From NCBI RefSeq assembly GCF_009914755.1, contig NC_060934.1: a DNA stretch of 64,000 bases. One strand, given 5' to 3'. The notes under the pieces were generated by a model, which had not been told where the DNA came from, ran no database searches, and saw only the letters and a list, made by a program, of their open reading frames with translations. Source of the DNA: the human T2T-CHM13v2.0 reference genome, Homo sapiens. Both the position numbers and the translations under genes were made by a program. The first letter of the stretch is position 1; every line of letters begins with the position of its first letter. This document shows positions 15,606 to 32,559 of the stretch, one piece after another.

Positions 15606-16036
15606 AAGTCAAATATTATAAGTTTAAGACTTATCTTAATAGTAATCAATTATAATATTAGAATTTCCCCAAATAAAAAAATATAGTTATAAGTTTTTCA
15701 CCAGGAAAGAGATCACTGACATTCATTGAGTTTTTCCAACATCTTCACAAGAGCACTGATGTGTCCTACCATTTAATCTTATATTTACTTACTTTCTATT
15801 TTTAATTTGATAGATAGTTCAAACTTAGTTCTGGGTCAGACCAAGGCAAACATCCTGCCAATGGGAGATACTCAACAGCGGAATGACCACAGGTTAACTA
15901 GTCATTTGTTGGCAAAACCTTTTAAAATTCTGTTGATGAATGGCATAGAAATGATCAATTGTATTAAAGCATGGTCTTTACATTTCAGACTTTTCAGAGT
16001 GGTATGTGATGTTATGGAGAATAAGTTTCAGATTTT

Positions 16037-16116
16037 ATAGGTTGAATCATATAAAATTGAAGGTCTTCAACTATTTTTAACCTATAAAATTGACCATTTT
16101 GTATGGGTCAATCTAG
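16037..16116. mobile_element. MADE2-like mariner MITE
   Basis: ~80 bp with terminal inverted repeats taggttgaatcatataaaatt ... attttgtatgggtcaatcta. Confidence 0.7.
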
Positions 16117-16351
16117 GAAATTGGAAGTTCATTGGTTGCTTATAGAAAGGTGATGGAGTAAATTCCACATAAAAATTCCTTTGGCCAATAAGGGCACCTC
16201 ACCTAAGAAATAGCTCTTAAATATATTATGATATCAGATGTTACAAATATCTTTTTAATTTTTAAAAATACGCTGAATGAATTCAATTAGCAATGTTAGG
16301 TCACAGCGTGCTAACAACTTCAGAGTTAAACATAAAATCAAAATTTTAATT

Positions 16352-16536
16352 TGGAGGCTTTGGGGATTTGGGGGAAAGGGTGGCAGGTGGTGAGGAATAA
16401 AAGACTACACGTTAGGTACAATGTACACTGCTTGGGTGATGAGCGCACCAAATTATCAGAAATTACCACCAAAGAACTTATTCATATAACCAAACACCAC
16501 TTATTCCCCAGAAACCTATTGAAATAAAAAAAAAAA
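16352..16536 (+). mobile_element. L1PB-like 3' end
   Basis: aataaaagactacac...gtacactgcttgggtgatg...gaaataaaa and poly-A. Confidence 0.9.
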
Positions 16537-16620
16537 ATTTTTGACTGAATATGCAATAGAGAATAAGTTCTACTTATTCTATTTTATGGAATGAAGTGCT
16601 GCCCTTCCTACCAAAAAAAA

Positions 16621-16957
<337 letters not shown>

Positions 16958-17437
16958 TGAAATTGAGTGAAAGTATGATGAGAGAAATTGAGTGAATGTC
17001 TCATAGAGATGCCAAGCTAGGTTTTCTGTTGTTAATTAGATCACTGAAAAATCTCATGCTATAGGATACATTTGAATAATTTTTTCTACCACAAAATGTA
17101 CAGACAATAAAATAATGGAGTGGTCTACCCACTGCCAGTGTCTAAACTGAACGCTAACTGTAGCAGAAGGATGCTTGTAGCTGAAACCCAATTAAAATAT
17201 CTTAAAGTATACAGACTTTTCTCTTTTTACATAACCAAAAGTCTGGATGTCTCAACACTGTCATCAAGGACTTGGGTGCTGTCACTCTTTCTACATCTTT
17301 AATGTGTTGTCCAGGTCTCTAGGTGTGGCATCTCATGATTGCCAGATAGCTTCTTAGTTCTAGGGTCATGAGTGCCTTGCTGGAGTATGTTCTCACATGC
17401 CTTTCAGATATCCCCTGGCCCCACGCTTTGGAAATAC

Positions 17438-17836
<399 letters not shown>

Positions 17837-18901
17837 TCAGCCTCCCTGAAAGGAAGTGACTGTTTAGATAAGGATGAGCAAAACAGAGGTACTGTTAGCA
17901 AGAAACAAATGGGGCAATGCATATTGGAGAGGGACCCTAGAGCATAGGTCTCAATGGCAAAGTCAGTAATAATTAAAATGAATCATCAAAAAAAAGGTGC
18001 AAGTGCCCTGCCTTGGATTTTCCGTAACTCAACACCTCTGGATTCAGATCTGATTTCAACTGGAATCCATGTCATGGTGTGGTCTCCCCCACATTGACTC
18101 ATAACTATAAGCTGAGTTTTGGTGAAGTGAATCTAATTTTCCCTTTGATTTATTTTATGATAAGCTTTCCCCACATTTTCCTGTAGTCTGAATTTAAAAC
18201 AGTTTGTAAGAGTGTGATTAAGCAATGGATCAAGTCCACAAAATATTGGGCGATATAACACTTCATCCTTCTGGAAGTGCTTTGTAACTGCAGACACTTT
18301 TCCTGACTCACTATCTGTCCTCCTTGGGCCGCCACTGTTGTTCAAACTCTGCAAATCTTTGAACTGTCTGACTCCATACTTATCATTTCTGCCCCTGCAC
18401 TCTCATTCTCTTCTTTTGTCTGAGAGTGGAGAATGTCTGAGAGATTGCATCACAGTCACGTTAACCCTTGGTACTGCACAGCCTAACAGGATAAGAAAGG
18501 TTCAGTCTGGATAGGAACTAGAGCAATCAGACATCTATTCATATCTCAACGTCCTTTTGTCTGAAGGATTTTGGTTTTAGAAAATTAATTTGTGCTCTAA
18601 TGTATCAACTTGGCAAGTTAGAAATCTGTAAACCAAGGTAAACAATATTTTTTGCTCTATAAAATCGTACACGTAGACACCACAGAGTGCAACTTGAAGA
18701 GTTAAAAAGTAAAACCCAGTGAGCAGCAAGCAAACTGCCTTTGCTCCCATTTGCCTTAGGGGAGAAAACTTTTCATGGTAGGGATTGCAAAACAACCAAC
18801 TAAATAACTTTTACATGATTAATGGGGTGAAGGTTAGACTAAAATGTGATGTCTTCCCTCCAAAAATTAGGAAGATTTTAAAAACTCTTTCCTTTATTTA
18901 G

Positions 18902-19513
<612 letters not shown>

Positions 19514-20240
19514 AGGGAATCTCCAGAATTTCAGTATTTTAGCAGCAAATATCAGGAGTATTAGCCAAATCAATGAAAACTAGGATAAATAACATATGTT
19601 TAAATTTTAAGACAAAGTTTTGATTATGGGAATTAAGAAGTCTGTGCTACTAACATATCCTCTGTGATTATAGGAAGGGACATTAAGGTACAAACTCATA
19701 TCAAAGGAGGAAATAGACAAGTATGGAACAGACATAAAGACAGTTACATAGATGAAGGAAATATTGGGATGTTGATGTAGGAAAAGAACATGGTCCAGGC
19801 CTTCTTGATGTATTTTGCAAAGGTTCATAACAAGCATGCTATGCCTTTCTATCATTTGTGGTTACTTAATAAATGGTACATAGTTCATTCTATACATGGT
19901 TCAGTTCTTCTAAACTAATTTTTTGTTCTTTATTTAAAAACAAAATTGTAAGTTTGAAAAAAAAAAAGTACAAGTCTTCCAGGGGTGCAGAAATGGGTTG
20001 AGGCAAATGATTTTTGTAGCTGAGAATCTGGACCCTCAAGTTGGCAAACAAGCTAGTTGACATCAGATTGGGTGTATACAGGGCCTGCTCTTGTTTGTTT
20101 CTGTTCCAAGGTTACACAGATGCACTTATAAACTGACCAAGTAGTGCAGAGGGAGGAGGCCCCCTTTTAAAGATCCTTTTAAAGAAACTGCTTCTATATT
20201 GATCCAATTTTTTTAAAAGTGAAGAAAGCGATTATACCTT

Positions 20241-20548
20241 GGCTGGGTGCAGTGGTTCACACCTGTAATCCCTATGCTTTGGGAGGCTGAAGCAGGAGGA
20301 TCGCTTGAGTCCAGGAGTTCATTCAAGACCAGCTGGGGCAACATAACGAGACTTCATCTCTATAAATTTTTTTGAAAAAATATAAACAGGTGTGGTGACA
20401 TGCTTCTGTAGTTCTAGTTATTCAGGAGGCTGAGGCAGGAGGATTACTTGAGCCCAGGAGTTTGAGGTTACAGTGAACTATGATTGTGCCATTGCACTCC
20501 AGCCTAGGTGGCAGAGCGATGGCCTGTCTCTAAAGAAAGAAAGAAGAA
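20241..20548 (+). mobile_element. Alu (AluJ-like)
   Basis: Diverged dimer. Confidence 0.95.
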
Positions 20549-20979
20549 AACTGTTATACCTGTTTTTTTTTCTTGGGATCCTATGTTTGAATTCATTGCC
20601 AACATTTTCTTACCAGGTAGATATAAAGCTTTTACAAGGTTATTCATGGCTATTTGAATACATCCTTTATTTGTTTCTCTATTCCCCTGTCCATCTTCTT
20701 CAGTTACACACCCTTCTGATCTCTCTTCTGTCTTGAACCCATGAACCCATGATCCTTTGATGTCTCTCCTTGATCCATGTCCCCACTCCAGATTCCAGAA
20801 GCTCATGCTGCCCTTTCACTGATAAAATGTTCCTTTTCAATCTCAACACTGCCATTACCATCCAGACAAAATGAGAATCAAATTTGTAGGAATACAGATA
20901 TGTAAAGCAGAGATTCTTGGGGAGTTAAAGGGACTTTAAAGACAAATGGCAAATGGGGCGATAACATTTCCAAGCAAAA

Positions 20980-21570
20980 GGTATTCTTATTATATGAAAA
21001 GTTAACACAAATTAGCAAGGATAAGATCGACAACTCAAGGAACAAGTGGGGAAAATCTCTGCCAAAAAGCAGAAAAATTCAATAAGTGTATAGTTAATAC
21101 TTTCAAGCTCATTTTCAGTCAATGGAATGCAAATGAAAGAGTGACAGCATTTTTTACATATCAGAATGTCAAAGGCTGAAAAGGATTATAATTACTCATG
21201 CTGGCAAGAGTGTGATGAAATGAGCATGTCGGGGGCGGCTGTTGGGAGCCTACATGTGTACAAACTTAGCCTGGGGCATTATCAAAGCCTTCAACATGTT
21301 TCTGGTCTTTGAAGTAAGAACACTTCCAGGATTTTATCCTAAGGAAATAATTAGGGAAGCATGCAAAAACTTTTCTGTGCCGGGATGTTCTGTGCAATGT
21401 TATTTGTAATACTTGAAAAAATGGAATCATTAGCTGCACAATATTAGAAATCTAGTTAAATAATTTATTTTTATAAGAGAATCTAGTTATATAATTTATT
21501 TTATATAAAATCACATTGTCAGAGACTTCTTGATTTATGGGGCAGGATCACATTATATTAAGTGAAAATT
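20980..21570 (+). mobile_element. Old L1 (L1ME-like) fragment
   Basis: gaatgcaaatgaaa, ttccaggattttatcctaaggaaataatt. Confidence 0.65.
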
Positions 21571-21594
21571 GACGTGTTTTGTGACAGCGTGAGG

Positions 21595-21830
21595 TGCGAA
21601 AGGCAGAAATGGGTTTTAGAGTCAGATGACAGGTGTTTGAATTCCAACCTTTTCACTGATTGGCAAATTAACTTGGAAAAATTACTTAACCTTTCTGAAT
21701 CTCAGTTTCCTCATCTGTAAAATGGGGATAATATGTTAACAGGCCTGTTGTAAGGTTTAATTAAGAGATTGTATGTAAAGTGCTTTGCCAAGGACCTAAC
21801 ATGTAGAAAACATTCAATAAATCAACAATG
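21595..21830 (+). mobile_element. MIR
   Basis: ctcagtttcctcatctgtaaaatggggataata. Confidence 0.9.
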
Positions 21831-22528
21831 CTATTTAAGTCACCCAAATGTCACTGAGACTCATTAGGCTATCTGTAATATGTAAATGACTCTCATTAAC
21901 ATCAGTATCAATAAATTTATGTCCTTGCCCACCACTTGCTCACACAGGACCTCTGATGCAACTTGTAAAGTACACTCTCCTCTGAATATTTCAGGGAGGC
22001 CCCCAAGTACACCTAAATTAGTTTCTTATTTTCACCAATCAGCTTCTGCTACATTGTTTCTTGCAGATTTCAGCCATTATCACTCATTCATCTCTGTGTG
22101 TGAAATACCTATGATTAAGCAGCTCTGTGTTACCCAAATATACATTGATGCATCCTGGCCCATTTTCATGGATTTATACCTAGCTGAGGGGAAGAGAAAA
22201 CAAATATTTACAAATGAATATATATATATATATATTGTATTGAGTGGGCTAGGCTCAGTTGTCTGGCGAGCCTAGGATTTCTGCTCCTATTTAAGTTGGG
22301 CTATTACAAAGCTGATGGGAGGGTCTGTGGCTGTTGGAGGAGCCTGTCACTGTGGGCTTCACTGTGGGAGGGTCTGCCTGAACAATAGCTGTATCTGTAA
22401 GTCTTTTCTTTTGGTCTGGTCAGATTCTGTTCTTCTATTTGGATGGCAAGTCTGGGCCTTAAAGCTGAATGTGTGAAGAAAGCTGTGGGTTTTTAACATT
22501 GAGAAGGGTTCCCCAGGTCTCAGCTGAA

Positions 22529-22827
22529 TTTTTTTTTTTTTTTTTTTTTTTGAGACAGTCTCACTCTGTCTCCTAGGCTGGATACAGTGGCACAATTATG
22601 GCTCTCTGCAGCCTCAACCTCCCGGGTTCAGGTGATCCTCCCACCTCACAGCCTCCCGAGTAGCTGGGACCACAGGCAAGCACTGCCATGCCTGGCTAAT
22701 TTTTGTATTTTTTTGTAGAGGTGGGGTCTTCGCTATGTTACCCAGGCTGGTCTTGAACTCCTGGGCTCAAGCCATCCTCCGGCCTTGGCCTCCCACAGTG
22801 TGTGAGCCATTGCCCCCTGTCCCCCAG
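22529..22827 (-). mobile_element. Alu (AluJ-like)
   Basis: Reverse dimer. Confidence 0.95.
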
Positions 22828-23764
22828 GTCTCAAGTGATTTGATGTCCCTTCAACTTTCACTCCATGCAGAGAATAAACCTGCAGTGTTCCGCAGGATAG
22901 GAAAAAGACGGTTACTTAGCTGTATGTGATGAAAGAGGGAATCTGCTTTTGTGTCTTAACCACTTTTAACCAATTCTTATTTCAGTCTCTCCTTCACCCC
23001 CACTCCCAGAGGTACGTGGTGCTATCATTATCAGAGCCATTGTGGGGGCGTCTTCGGTGCAAATGTGGTTATCTTCATCTTTCTCAGCAGGAGCTGAGGG
23101 TTCAGCATTCTTTGGTCTTCGGAATCAATCTCCAGTCATTCTTTAACTTTTCCACATGCAAAGTTCAGTTGCTATCATCTCCTTTCCCAACCTTGTGACC
23201 CTTTAGAAAATTCCCTTCTGTCAGGCTAGGGGTGTTTTAGGAAGGAACAGAGTTAAATGTATATTTTTAATTCACTATCTTTAACCTGAAGTTTAGATCT
23301 TAAAGATTTTTGAAAAGTTGGTTGGCAGAGGTGGCTGGTGAGTTTCCAATGAGGGGGATTTTTGTTTGTTCCATTGCATATTTAACTGGAGAGGATATTC
23401 CAGAGCCTTCGATATGCCGACTCTGCCTGGTATGTTGTGATGGGACAGAGGAAAGAAAGTGTCTCTTCCCCTTCTGAATTAGGCATGTTTACAGCAATTT
23501 AGTGGGACATGTCTTTTGAGTTTTACTTACAGCTGTCACCATTGACAAAGGATTTCAGAGGAGTTGCTGGGGGATGGGGACTGAGAGAAAATTCAGGTGA
23601 TAGAGATCATGATTCTGGCTCATTCTATCCGGCTACTTTTTTCCTTAGGATTTTCCAAGACTTGTATTCCTAGTTTCCCAGATTCAGTGGGTCATACTTG
23701 AATCCCCAGGATGGACACAATTTAGGCTGGGGCTGGGATTTCTGCTGCATTTATTTATTGAAAA

Positions 23765-23870
23765 GGAGACTTTCAGATTATTTAACTAACTCCTCCATTT
23801 TACATAAAAGCAATCTGGGGTCCAGAAAGTTTCAATGACTTAACTAAGGTCGCAACTTTGAGCAAGCAGC
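23765..23870 (-). mobile_element. MIR fragment
   Basis: ccattttacata...tgacttaactaaggtcgca. Confidence 0.55.
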
Positions 23871-24173
23871 AGGATCTCATGACTGGAGCTACAATCAAGG
23901 AATTATAACACACATTGAAATTCCTTAAGAAAATGGTATTAAGGAAACAAGGGACATTATCTCACTACATAAGATAGGAAAGACAGGAGGAAATTTGCTT
24001 AGCCAAACCTAACTTTATAAAGGTAATACCCTGAAACGTGACCTTTGTATCCTCTCCTGTTCCTTACAACCAACAATGAAATCTTAAGACAAAATGACTC
24101 ACATTTGCCAAAGGCTGAGAATTTCAGTCCCCCAATAATACTGGAAAAATGGGGGGTTAAAAAGCATCATAGT

Positions 24174-24482
<309 letters not shown>

Positions 24483-24852
24483 TCATAGTTGCTTAAGCAT
24501 CATAGATGCCCAAAAAGCTTCAGAGTCGAGGGTATTTAGGACTCTTCAAATCTAGTTCCCTTTGAGCTCTTCCCATCTCCTCATTCTTTCTGATCATCCA
24601 TCCATGGTTATCCATTTATAGTAGCTATCCTTTATTTGCATTTCTCTGTTCATTTTCTTCCAGCAATAGCTCTCACTTTTACTGTGGAGTTCACCTCTGC
24701 TTCCTTTCAGCCCAGGCTGCCTGGGTGAGCTTGTAGTTCAGGTGCTCCTGGCCTCAGAGGTTATTTAAGAGCTGGGCATTTACTATTCCAGAGGACTCCT
24801 TGGGACTTCCACTGGGAAAGGTAGGGCCAAGAAATGAAAAGAGAGAAACTTC

Positions 24853-24888
24853 ATGCTGCTGACTTTATTTATGCTGCTGACTTTATTT
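24853..24888. repeat. Exact 18-bp tandem duplication
   Basis: atgctgctgactttattt twice. Confidence 0.9.
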
Positions 24889-24948
24889 GAGCTCTGGAGC
24901 AAGCCAAATTGGAAGCCAGAATACTTGTGAATGATAATGTAACATAGA

Positions 24949-25311
24949 TGTATTACTCGGTTTTCATGCTGCTAATAAAGACATACCCAAGACTGCGCAA
25001 TTTACAAAAGAAAGAGGTTTAATGGACTCACAGTTCCACATGGCTGGGAAGGCTTCACAATCATGGCAGAAGGCAAAAGCTACGTCTCACGTGGCGGCAG
25101 GCAAGAGAAGAGAATGAGAGCCAAACGAAAAAGATTTTGCCTTATAAAACCAAGAGATCTCATGAGACTTATTCACTACCACAAAACAGTATGGGGAAAC
25201 AACCCCCCTTGATTCAATTGTCTACCACTGAGTCCCTCCCACAACATGAGGGAATTATAGGAGCTACAATTCAAGATGAGATTTGGGTGGGGACACATCC
25301 AAACCATATCC
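24949..25311 (-). mobile_element. THE1 solo LTR (inside an older MLT1 relic)
   Basis: ctgctaataaagacataccc...atttgggtggggacaca...accatatc; TSD ataga/atgga. Confidence 0.95.
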
Positions 25312-25946
25312 ATGGATTAATAAATATAACCTCTGTTTTCTTTCTTGATCCAGTGTCAACAGGGCAGAGTGGTTTGTGTCACTTGCAAGGAAATTCTAAC
25401 TGTTAAATTATTAGCACAAACACGCATGCATACACACTAATGTCTTGATAATATATTACTTCTAAGGGACAATTTAGGCTGTTTGCAAATGAAGAGAGAG
25501 ATTTTCCTAAATGCATAATGTCCCCAAGCCTCTGCCTGCAATGGGAACAGAGCTTTACATCATGAGACAAAATGCTGACTCCCTACTTGGTTCATCTTCC
25601 AGCTTCTGAATGTGTCCCCAGTAGCTACAAATGTGTAGGGAATGTGGCCTTTTGGTGCAGTTTTCAAGCAGAACCATCTGCTCCACCAATGGCCACCTCA
25701 TGGCATTTCAAAGAGCTGACTTAAAGGTTTGAAATGATCACCTTTCTATAGGATGTCTGGTCACAATCTATACCTGGTTTTCACAGTACTTCTTTTAAGT
25801 GAAAAACCAGCCTTAGCAGAAAATGCTTATTATGCCCAGGGCCAAACAGGCTATCTACCACTGAGCCTCACAGTAGTAAGCAGTTATACTTCTAGTAGGC
25901 CTGTAGCCAAAAGTTTTCCAAAAATCTAGAATCTTAAAATCTTTAA

Positions 25947-26339
<393 letters not shown>

Positions 26340-26471
26340 TAGGAATATAACAGAAGTTAACTGACTAAGCCTTTCTCCCCACGAGGTAAAATTGACGCAA
26401 AGGACCTGTATTTCCCTATGGCTGTGGAAATCCAAAGGTCTTGATTTGAAGCATAATTAATGCCTAAGACA

Positions 26472-26651
26472 ATTATTCTCTGAGTGTTCCCAGAGCAGTA
26501 GCATCAGCATCGACTGGTAGCTTGTGAAAAATGTGAATTCCCGGGCCCTGCCCCAGACCTACTGAGACTGAATCTGGAAGGGTAGAGTCAGAAGTCTGTG
26601 TTTGAACAAGACTCCCTGGAATTCTAATGCAGCCAAAATTGGAGAACCACT
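26472..26651. mobile_element. MER5A hAT relic
   Basis: agcatcagcatc...ccccagacctactgag...gagaaccactg. Confidence 0.85.
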
Positions 26652-27249
26652 GTCCTCAGAAACTGCAGTCCAGAAGAAGTGGGTCTTTAGCACCCCTTTT
26701 AAAGCAGATTTTTTTTCAGAGGATGGGTCTGGAGCTGCTGCAGGCACGTGCAGGTGGATGTGCGGAAGCCTCACCTGCAGGCGGGTCTCATGACATCACT
26801 GATTCAGAAGTGAAGTTAGCCTATGCCCAGATATCTTGATGATAGAAATATTACTATTGTTCATGATCAGAGCTTCCAGAGTTCAAGTGACTTAACAGTC
26901 TTCCAGACATTTTCTAGAAAACAAAGAAAAATCCAATAACTTACAAAGTTCATCAAAGTCTGAATCTAGCTATTTTCTTCAGTTCAACACTTCCTTATTG
27001 GGCATTGATTGAGTGTTACTAGTGATTTATAGCATAAGTGATTGCACTATGGAAATGATTTCCCAAGTTCCATGGCTGCAGTGGGTTAGAGACGGCGCCC
27101 TGCCTTTCAGCAGCACCTGTGAGGTAGGCGTGTTCAGATGGCTCCTTAGCATTAGCGTCATTCTCAAGGAGCAAGCTGTTGTTTCGGGTGTGTATTATTT
27201 TTGCATCTTGGAAGTAGGATGAGGGGAAATGTTAACAAATGGTATCTCC

Positions 27250-27437
27250 ACTGGTGTTTGTTAAATTGTGAGCCTGGATCAACTTAAACCCCTTGGGCAT
27301 TTCTTAAAACGCAGATTCCTAGGCCCTCCTTGCTCTTTGAAAGTGCTGAGTCCGAATCTACAGGGTTCGGTCATGGGGCTCTTCCTTTTCATAAGCATCC
27401 CACATTTCTCTTACATGCAGTACATTTGATAATCACT
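27250..27437. mobile_element. MER5-like relic
   Basis: ttaaaacgcagattcctaggccc. Confidence 0.55.
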
Positions 27438-27519
27438 AATCAATGCCATCTGACTTTGCTTCTCTTTTAGATTTTGATTAGAATATACAATTTGCTTTTA
27501 CCAATTGGAATTTGGTCCT

Positions 27520-27750
27520 CTAGAAAGAATATAAACTAGGAAATGAGACAAAGCTAGCTTCAAATCTCAGATCCAGTAGTGATCAAAGGTTAAGACTTTT
27601 GGCAAGTCGCTAAACTTCCTTGAACTTCCATTTTCTCATCATTAAATGAGATGATTGCAATACCCAGACTGCAGAAGCACTGAGAGTAGCAAATGAGAAA
27701 TTGTACGCAAAGGGTGAAACACACAGCAGATATTTAACACAGAAGGGTTA
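27520..27750 (+). mobile_element. MIR
   Basis: ttggcaagtcgctaaacttccttgaacttccattttctcatc. Confidence 0.7.
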
Positions 27751-27846
27751 TCTAATAACAGTGTCTAAGGAATTCATCTGTCTTCTAGCCCTAGAAGATG
27801 TATTTTTTTTTAATCTCTTTCCAAAATACCTCTTTCGAAATGGAGT

Positions 27847-27955
27847 AGGAAAGGAAAGAAAGAGGGAGGGAAGAGAGAAAAAGAGAGAGGGAGAAAGAGA
27901 AGAAAAGAAGAAAGAAAGAGAGGGAGGGAAGAATGAAGGAAGAAGGAAGGAAAGT
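27847..27955. repeat. GA-rich polypurine tract
   Basis: ~110 nt almost purely A/G. Confidence 0.9.
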
Positions 27956-27977
27956 AGGTATTAAGACATCTGATCTA

Positions 27978-28312
<335 letters not shown>

Positions 28313-28609
28313 TCACAATATCCCTGTGAGACAAGTGTTTTTATCATCTAGAATTTACAGAGTTGCTAAGAACCAGAAAAATACTTCCTTTACTTCCCAA
28401 CCACAGGGTTTTTTCAACTCCTGGAGTAATCCTGGCTTTGATTAAATCCCCCCCTATCACATAACTGTAACAACCAGAAATCAGTGGAGGTGTGGGGTTT
28501 GTCCATACACCTCAGGGAATGTGCCTGTGAGGTTTAAACTGAGGTGACCCCGGAGTTCAATGGCTGTGGAGTGTCAGTTTCCCTGTACCAGGCCTTCCCA
28601 AACCCCAGG

Positions 28610-28962
<353 letters not shown>

Positions 28963-29889
28963 TGACTCAGTGCTTCACCACCTCTAGCTAAATAAACCAT
29001 CTTCCGATTATCATGCAAAAAGTGTGTTGTCTGAAAAAGAGACCTAAAAAAACTTTCTGCCCTTTGTGGTGGCAGAATTCCTGGTTCAACCTTAAATGGC
29101 CTTAGTTGTTCTATAGGAGTTACGGTGACTTGCTTTGTTTTGAATGTCAAACTTGATTCCAGGCTTAGATATGACAGCAGAACAAGCCCATCAAAACTTG
29201 AGTGTCTGTGTATTGCAAGAACTGGAATTGGTATTTTGGGGCCTGGAAGAGCTGAAAATCAAATCAAATGCCCAGGTCATTGATTATGTCACATGCATTG
29301 AACACTGAGAAACAGTCTTGGGAAGGATCTCGATCCTTGTTTGGAATGTCGTAATTCCATTTAGGGCAAAATACACCAACCAGTTCCCATGCAAACTTCT
29401 GCAAAGACAGCATTCACAGATGATGGAGACTTAGCAATTGAAAATGGACACAGTCAATGAAACCCAGGATTCCAGATCTTTTTTGACTTGTCCGAGAAGC
29501 AATGGAAAATAAACAATCCCAGGAAAATCTAATATTACACCAAAATTAGCAGTATCTTTTCCTTTCGGTCAATGTGCAACCAAAGCCAAGCATCTCTTCT
29601 CCCTGTGGAAAAGTCAAATAATTGCAAAAACTCCTAGAGATACTGGTTTCTTCTTAAACCAGGGCCTTTCACCAGTTTGGCTGGTCTTTTCAAAGGGCAC
29701 ATGGAGATTGATAATATTTCGTATGTAAGCATGGCCATAATTATGTCAGGGTGTGTGCATAATCACCCCAAAGCTAACAATTCTCATGGAGTAAATGCAC
29801 TAATAGCAATGGAAGCAGACACCCTAGCAATAGAATTTTTATTGGCTCTTTCCTTCACTCAGTGTCTTGATAGAAAAACATCTGCCTAA

Positions 29890-30082
29890 CATTTAAAACC
29901 ACTAGAAGAGTGTAATTGGGTTGTTTGTAACACAAAGGATAAATGCTTGAGGGGAAGGATGCTCCATTCTCCATGATGGGCTTATTTCACATTGCATGCC
30001 TGTGTCAAAACATCTCAGGTACCCCATAAATATATACACCTACTGTGTACCCACAAAAATTAAAATTTAAAAAATTTTAAAA
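29890..30082 (+). mobile_element. L1MA-like 3' end
   Basis: acaaaggataaatgcttgagg...gtacccacaaaaattaaaa; exact 18-bp TSD agaaaaacatctgcctaa. Confidence 0.92.
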
Positions 30083-30327
30083 AGAAAAACATCTGCCTAA
30101 TCTCAGAGCACAGCTCCTGGTGAAACTTCTGCCTGTAGGATTTTGGCCCTGTGGCCTTATCTGTGATCCTATGACACCCACTCCCTACCACCAGCCAGTC
30201 GAGTCCTGTGGAATCTACTCTAGGAAAATGGCTTTGAGAGAATTTCCTTCTGGCTCCCTGGTCAGAGCCATGGGGAGCTAGAAGCTTCCTCCTTCCATTT
30301 GGACAGACCCTTGACAAATCATTTCTA

Positions 30328-30467
30328 TTATTATTATTGTTGTTATTTTTAGAGATAAGGTCTCACTCTGTCACCCAGGTTGGAGTGCAGTCATGCGATC
30401 ATAGCTCACTGCAGCTTCGAACTCCTGGGCTCAAGCAATCCTCCCACCTCAGGCTCCCAAGTAGCTA
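30328..30467 (-). mobile_element. 5'-truncated Alu (AluJ right arm)
   Basis: Exact 15-bp TSD gacaaatcatttcta. Confidence 0.92.
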
Positions 30468-30919
30468 GACAAATCATTTCTAAGCAGGGAAGGAGTTTCT
30501 GAATGACTTAAGGGGTATTCTAGAGTGTCTCAAACCTGCCTGGAGTTACAGCAGCTGCGTGGTGAAGAGGCTGCTGAGAATTCTTGAGCATTAGGTAAAG
30601 AATGAACCTTTGCCATGTTAACATCCATTATTAAAGCCAATGGGAGGATTTATGTTTTCCAGAAATGGCTTTTTGGAAAGATTTGATGTTCAGCAGTCCT
30701 GAGCTCTAATGCACATTTGTCTTACATTAAAAAATACCATCTCAGAGAAACATCAGTCCATTACTTAAAGGAGAAACAGTATTTGAGTATTTAAAAGGCT
30801 GCGTGTGTGTGTGTGCACGTGTGTGTGTGTGTAAAAAGTTAAAATAATAGCAAATCCTTTCTGGATTTCAGAAGCCAATTGTTCAGGATATGCATTAGGC
30901 TCAGTCTTGAAAGGAGAAT

Positions 30920-31225
30920 TTTCCTAAATGTCCTTTAGGTCTCGGCTTAAGTGTCTCTTCTCCAGACATGCACTTTCTTCTCATAGAGTCTTAACTAGAC
31001 ACCTGCATTAATCCTCTCTCAGCTCTATATTATTTTCTTCATACCAGATCAGAGCCTATAATTATCTTATTTGTCCTTTTAATTGTTTCCTGCTCTACCA
31101 TGCAAGAAAGTTCTATGAAAATAGGAACTGCAGGCAGCCTTGTTCATAATTTTATCCCCAGTGCCTAGCAGAATGTACTTGCTGTATACAGTAGTAGGTG
31201 ACCAATAAATACTTGCTGAATTAGT
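30920..31225 (+). mobile_element. L2 3' region
   Basis: atccccagtgcctagca...gtaggtgaccaataaatacttgctgaat. Confidence 0.8.
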
Positions 31226-31678
31226 GATCATGATGAGACAGACATAAAAAGAGTGGCTCTGTAATAGTGTGTTAAACTCTGGAAAGAAGAACTGAAAAGG
31301 GAAAGATACCAGATAAACTGATTTCTAAGATAAAGATTAGATCAGTTCACCAATAAGAGGTAAAACTTAAATATAATATATTTATTTCAATATGATTATT
31401 TAGAATATAGGAATAGACGTGGGAGTAAAATCCTCATATTATCTCTTTGGGTGGCATATGTAGCGTTATGGAGAGATTATGGGAATATGTCTACTTCTTG
31501 TGGTACTGAAGCCATGTTAACTAGGGCATGGTGTATGTGGAGCACACAGTCAGAATGCAGGCAGTATAACATGATTGCTTTACAAACTGCCCCATCTGAG
31601 TAAGAGAGGGAGTTTCTGTTAATGAAAGGGGTTCCAGGCACAAGCAAACCATGCTGTACTTTTTAGGGCCTCTTCTGA

Positions 31679-32056
<378 letters not shown>

Positions 32057-32316
32057 TAACACTTTTATGATAATTAATCATCATGAAAATGCCAATAAGC
32101 AGGTGCTATCTCCATTTCTCAAGGTAGGGAACTGAGGGTCACTGCCATCTACCCAAGGCCACCATGGGATTAAGTGAAGGTTCTGTGACCCCAGAACTTT
32201 GACTTGACTTGTATTAAGTGGCACCAGTTGGGGGATCCATACCATTGGATTACAAGAAATAAAAAGCATCTCCACAGAATATCTGGGGTATTTGTTTTGA
32301 TTTTCTTTGTTTTGAA

Positions 32317-32358
32317 TTTTTGCAATTCTACTAGGTATTTTTGCAATTCTACTAGGTA
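32317..32358. repeat. Exact 21-bp tandem duplication
   Basis: tttttgcaattctactaggta twice. Confidence 0.95.
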
Positions 32359-32559
32359 GCCTGTGTTTTAATGCCCATTCTATCTCTAACTAGCTTAACC
32401 CCAAGAAGTAAGTTTGAAATCGAAATTTAGGGAGCCTGCAGATGGTTAGGGCACTGAACTCCCTATTTTCTAATATGTAAAATGGACACAGTCGTTCCTA
32501 GTTCACGGCACTCTCATGAGGCTGAAATTAAGACAGTGGGAACAAAAGAGTATTTTTTC

